The position numbers and the translations under genes were made by a program. Below the pieces are notes generated by a model. The model was not told the DNA's origin and made no database searches. It worked only from the letters and a program-made list of their open reading frames with translations. This document shows, one piece after another, positions 59,044 through 64,000 of a stretch of DNA of 64,000 nucleotides (positions are counted from its first letter, which is position 1; each line of letters starts with the position of its first letter). The DNA is from Felis catus. Its lineage: Eukaryota. Where the stretch lies: the NCBI RefSeq assembly GCF_018350175.1, contig NC_058372.1:39866001-39930000 (forward strand). Direction: 5' to 3'.

Positions 59044-59064
59044 CGGAAGTGCGAGACCGGAAGT
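59044..59064 (+). promoter_or_regulatory. Tandem ETS/GABP (NRF-2) sites at the TOMM6 promoter
   Basis: CGGAAGT (59044-59050) and CCGGAAGT (59057-59064), typical of nuclear-encoded mitochondrial gene promoters. Confidence 0.72.
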
Positions 59065-59128
59065 TGCGTATCCTCCGGCGCCGGCACCGTGCCTCGGGCG
59101 AGGCCTTGTGGATCCCGAGGATACTACT

Positions 59129-59256
59129 ATGGCTTCCAGTGGCGTCGGCGTGAGCGCCCCGGGCGCGGCGAATGAAGCTCCCGAAATTCCGGACAACGTG
59201 GGAGATTGGCTTCGGGGCGTCTACCGCTTCGCCACCGACAGGAACGATTTCCGGAG
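59129..59256 (+). CDS. TOMM6: TOMM6 coding exon 1 (MASSGVGVSAPGAANEAPEIPDNVGDWLRGVYRFATDRNDFR)
   Basis: Recognisable Tom6 sequence, AG|GTAACC donor, 128 nt. Confidence 0.95.
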
Positions 59257-59769
59257 GTAACCGAAGCCCGGGAACTTGTCCCTTTCTGGCCCTCCGCTCC
59301 CCTATACACACCTCCCATACTTCCCATCTTCGCCCAACCTGGCGCCTTTACATTTGCCAGCGTTTTGGCCTCGCAGTGGCTCTGGCTGTGCTTTGGAGAG
59401 GTCCTTGACTGGGAGAGTTCCCGTGCGGCAAAAGCGATCTTTTCAGTTACTGGGCTGTCTACAGAATCTCACCCTGACCAGGGGGACCCGGGAGGAAGAG
59501 GCGCCAGCGCACAGGCTTTTCAGCCCTGGGCGAGTGTTTAATTGGCTTTTGCATTTGATCCCGTTAGACACAGGAACGACTGCCAAGCAAGTAACCACGT
59601 GGGTCGTGGGCAACCTGCCTTCGTAAAGATCTACCTTCCTGCAGTTCTAGAACAGTCTTTGTGCCCCCAGGAGGTTTTTCCAGGGTGGTTATGGTAAACC
59701 TTTACTCGTGGTATGTTTCATTAAAGACAAGTGACTCAGCACAAGGTTAATCAAATATTCTTTTTCCAG

Positions 59770-59866
59770 GAACTTGATCCTCAATTTGGGGCTTTTTGCT
59801 GCAGGCGTTTGGCTGGCCAGGAATTTGAGTGACATTGATCTAATGGCCCCTCAGCCAGGGGTATAG
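59770..59866 (+). CDS. TOMM6: TOMM6 coding exon 2 (NLILNLGLFAAGVWLARNLSDIDLMAPQPGV*); total protein 74 aa
   Basis: TTTTTCCAG acceptor, transmembrane segment, TAG stop; donor GTAAGC at 59875. Confidence 0.95.
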
Positions 59867-60102
59867 CCAAATAGGTAAGCACTTAACTACTGTTCTGCGT
59901 GTCTAGGAGCCCTAAAGGCAGAGAGAAGCAATAATTTTTATCTTCTGTTTATAAAATGAAGGAGAGAGACTTGACATAAGGCCCTTGGCTACTCCTAGTT
60001 AAATATGTTTACAGACATTGCAAGAAATTTTGAGTCTCTTCCTAATTTCCCTTCAGGCTTTTACATTTCTAATGCCACCGTTGTCCTGTTGTCTGATTGC
60101 AG

Positions 60103-60425
60103 ACACATGGAACCCCCTGTGCTGTACTCGAACCTTCCAAAAACAGCCTCCAATCTTTGACCATCACAAGACTTTCCCTGATGGAAGTTGAAGTTTCATT
60201 CAGATGGGCACCTTCCCTTCCCGATTGCCTTTTCTTCGTTGAGCCCACTCAGAACTCCATTCTCTGGTCAGCAGTCAGGCTTCAGCCAAAGTGTTGTCCT
60301 CTGTTCTATAAAGTTCTGTACATAGGTCCAAAGTTTCTGCAGGGGGTGATTTTTGCTCTTGTCCTGAGGAATAACCTAATGGTATTTTAACAAATATTTG
60401 GAATAAAGACTGCACGCAAAGACAA
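60103..60425 (+). other. TOMM6: TOMM6 terminal 3' UTR exon with AATAAA at 60402-60407
   Basis: CTGATTGCAG acceptor, canonical poly(A) signal. Confidence 0.72.
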
Positions 60426-63400
60426 ATCATTTTATTCTTTTAATAAGAAACTTCGGCTTACAAAAACAAGGTGTAAAAAGTCAAGATTTACAAAAATCAT
60501 AAAAACATGATTTATATTTCACACTCAAAAGAGACAGGAACAAGCCTCAAACATGGATTGTTACAGAGGTGGTTTGCTTCATGTTGAAAAAAAAAAAAAA
60601 AAAGGAAACTGTAGCCATTGTACTTGATGTGAACATAAGAGGAAACTTATTTTTGAGGAATTTCCATTTTTGAGCAGAACTAGAAGAAGAAGCCATTTGG
60701 TGTTGCATAGCATTTTAGTGCACCAGGTGGGTTTTCCAGGCACCAAGGGGGCATTGTTGCTGTAATAGAGTGGGATTTGTTGGTAGAAAGAGGGCAGTGG
60801 TGTGCAGGTGGAGGCAAGGTGTAAGCAAGCCTGGGCAGTGGGCACTAAAGAAACTGCTTGAGGAAGCTTTCTTCCCAAGGAAATGTTTTCTGACCCTAAA
60901 AGTCATGGTAGTGCCACTGTCCAGGAGTTTGGAGTTCTTTGGAAATGGAATATGAAAGGAACTGGCATGGAAAAGACTCATGTAGGCTCAGAAAGATGTG
61001 GAAATAGAGACAAGTTCCCCATGGCCATTTTTTTCTACTTGATTTATTCTAGGTATTTTTATCGTTATTGTTTTATTTTTAAAGTTTATTTAAGTAGTCT
61101 GTACACCCAACATGGGGCTCAAATTCACAATCCCGAGATCAGAAGTCACATGATCTTCCAACTGAGCCAGCCAGGCACCCCATCTACTAGGCATTTTTAA
61201 AAATCCTGCTTTTCCATGCCAAGTCTCCTGTGGAACTAGTATGGGATTAAAGGACATGAATTGGAAAGGGAGGTCAGTATGAATGCACCACAGTGGCCTA
61301 ATTGTTAGAGTTGACAGATGTCGAGCAATCTGTTCACAAAAGGTCAAAAGGACAAAACAGTCCTTCTTGACCCTACCGGCATAAATCTCATTAAGAAATC
61401 TGATTGAGAATTAGATTGTATATGTATTTTAAAAAGCACCATTCTCTTGTATTGATCGGGTAGGTCCCACCTGTTAGGGAAGAGTTTGAGCTGTGAATTC
61501 AGGCCTGTGGCTAGCTTACCACGAAGCCCTCACTCTCTAAGAATCTATCTATACTGGGACCACAGATGATTTGATAGTTTTGTAACTTACTGGGTGTTAA
61601 GATGAGGAAGGGTCATATACATGAGAGCAAGGCTTAGGTTTGAAGCCATCACCTCCCAAATGGTGACCAGGAAGGAAACTTTTAAGCCATAGCATAGATT
61701 CTAAGCCCATTCATATCTGTATCAGACCACTAAGACAAATACCAGCACCTCCTGTCCTTCATTGATAGGAAACAGATCCTTGAAGTCGGCAACCCGATCC
61801 TACTCACAACTGAAAAGTCTACTTTAAAAGGTTTTTTAAAGTTGAAAAGAAAAATCCAGCAATGATGACATGGCAGCTTCCAAAAGCATAATTCACATTT
61901 CACTCAAAATTTAATGTTATAGCTTCATTTACTGTTAGTCAGTTTATAAAGCCATAATACTGGCATGGTAAAGTTTCATTTAAACTGGCTTCATTCCTCA
62001 AGTGTTAAGAATTTAGCAAGTAAAGCTCTCAAGTCTACAATTTCCCAAAATTTTGATGAACAGTCATTAATTTTGTAAATGAAAATGCTGGCTTTTACCA
62101 TTCCAACACAACACCCTCCCCAAGGGAAGTCCATTTTACATCGGTGACGTGATATTCAGCCCTGGCTGGTTAACAGTACTATGGAAATCTCTTCTACTAC
62201 CTATTTAGATTTTAAATGGAAACATGCCAGCAGAAGTAAGGAAAGAGTCCACAAAAATGACCATTTGCCTTAATGCCCTAGTGGCTATGGTGTATTTAGA
62301 GCAATGTGTGGGTTAAAAGAATAAAGTAACACTTGGTTCAAGTCAAAGCCCTAGACCAAGAGAATGGTTAAAGGTGGAAGATACAAAACTAAACTCACAG
62401 TCATATTTAGAAGGCGCTTTTTAGCTTTAGTGCTGACTTGAAAAAAAGGAACCACCACCAGGGAGGTGCATACTTACCCGGTAAAAAAAAAAAAAAACTA
62501 AGTTGCCATGGGAGATTTTGCTCCAAAGGTACAACCTCCTCACCTAATTAGGCCAGTAATTAGGCTGAGGGAACCAGTTATCAAATGTGCTTCAAGTGGT
62601 GAGCTTTCTAAACACCCTTTGGTGAAGTCTCATGAGCTCATTGGAAACCTTAAGGTCAGAGTAAAAGGAACAGGCTATAAACAGCCCTGCAGGTGAGCAG
62701 ACTGGGTCTTCTCCCCTTCCACAGCCACTCAGCACCATTCTAGTCAGCACCTGCCAGGAAAGGGGCTGGGGCGGGGGTGGCTGGGACAGGTTCTTTGAGC
62801 CTTCTCTTTTGCATATTACACAGTGCACTGGCTTGCCTTACAGTCTCAAGGTTCACATATAGGAGGTTGTGTTCTACACTGCTTCCTGAAATTTTGTGCA
62901 AAAGAACTTCAGAACTAATGAAAGTAATACCTCAGGAGGAATCATTTTTGTTTGACTTCTACCCTAAGTTGCCCAGCATTAGAAAAAAAGGCCCTTTCTG
63001 AACATTTGTGCTCTCCCAACCAGCTGGAAAGCAACCCTTCCACTTATAAGGTATAACCCGGCAAGGGTATATAGTATATGTTTAGGAAGAGGTAGCACTC
63101 CCAGCCTACCCGAAAAGGCCCGAGTTAATGTTTGGAACATAAAAGGAGTGGTGAAAAAGAATAGAGGACATAGTCTGCCTTGGAAAGCAGCCATTTGATG
63201 AATAGTGACAAATCCAAAGATTTTGGACATTACAGTAAAATTTCAGAATTTGCTGGTAATAATTATCTTTTACACACATGAAATGAAATGCTTTTACAAA
63301 GTCTGATACCAACTGTCCTTTACACTGTACAGACCCATTTGCCACTTAAAATGATACGGAGGCATCCTTTCCCTTAATCTTTTCAATCCCATGCAAACCA

Positions 63401-64000
63401 TAACTGGGTACAAGGCACCAAATGTTATGAATTGTATAAAATTAGTTCACAAAGCTTTATCAATAAGTAGAACAAACTCCATTTCCCCCTCCCTGCCTGC
63501 CCACCCACATCCCACCCCCCACACCCAACCAAGTTTTCATTCTGTCCTACTGTCGACCTCTCTCAGGCTTCTGGGGCCTGGTTAGGGCCATGCCCCACTG
63601 CCAGGCCAACCCACTTCACTAGTTCTTGCACTGGGATGGAACTGGAAGCACAGCCAGAGAAGGGAACTTGTACAATCATTGACGCTAGAAGCCTTGCCAT
63701 TAAAACCAAAAATAAACTCTGCTATTGAGTCCATAGGACACATTAACACTTCTACAGTTTCTAATTTTATTCATGACATTTTAAGAGACATCTGGAAATT
63801 CTTTACAGTGTGGCACTGCCCCCCTCAGCCCGAGAGGGGACTGGATCAAAGCTGGCAAGAGCTCTGCCTGCCATTTAATAAGAGCTTCAGTTCCTGGCTG
63901 TTGAGGGCATTCCTAATTTTTTTTTTTTTTTTTTTTTTTTTTAACACTAGCATGGATGCTCATCTCCGAGGCAACCACAAGGATGAGGGTCAAGCTAGAC
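60410..64000 (-). other. USP49: Distal part of the long USP49 3' UTR; poly(A) signal (AATAAA on minus) at 60431-60436
   Basis: AT-rich, repeat-poor, no ORF; TTTATT at 60431. Assigned by synteny only, since no USP49 coding sequence is in the window. Confidence 0.6.
61075..61180 (-). mobile_element. Short tRNA-derived carnivore SINE
   Basis: Reverse of GGGGTGCCTGGCTGGCTCAGTTGGAAGA...GAGCCCCATGTTGGGTGTA...TAAATAAA. Confidence 0.8.

Overview
Mammalian genomic DNA from a cat-family (Felidae-type) carnivore, judged from CAN-SINE/SINEC_Fc elements. It is the conserved syntenic block TFEB (5' end, minus) - PGC (minus) - FRS3 (minus) - PRICKLE4 (plus) - TOMM6 (plus) - USP49 (3' UTR, minus). I assembled complete GT-AG spliced ORFs by hand for PGC (9 exons, 389 aa), FRS3 (5 coding exons, 495 aa), PRICKLE4 (6 coding exons, 381 aa) and TOMM6 (2 coding exons, 74 aa). 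There are three N-gaps, about 20 carnivore SINEs, L1 fragments, MER20/MER5A/Tigger4 DNA transposon fossils and microsatellites. The standout observation is PGC. It is intact, with both catalytic DTG motifs, the flap Tyr, six Cys and all splice sites, but it is strongly remodelled. The predicted mature enzyme has 16 Lys/Arg + 7 His against 20 Asp/Glu (human gastricsin as I recall it: about 3 Arg + 1 His against about 26 Asp/Glu). It also has a less basic propeptide, two N-glycosylation sequons and altered specificity loops. This suggests either a repurposed, possibly non-gastric aspartic protease or relaxed selection. All cross-species comparisons are from memory, not from a database search.
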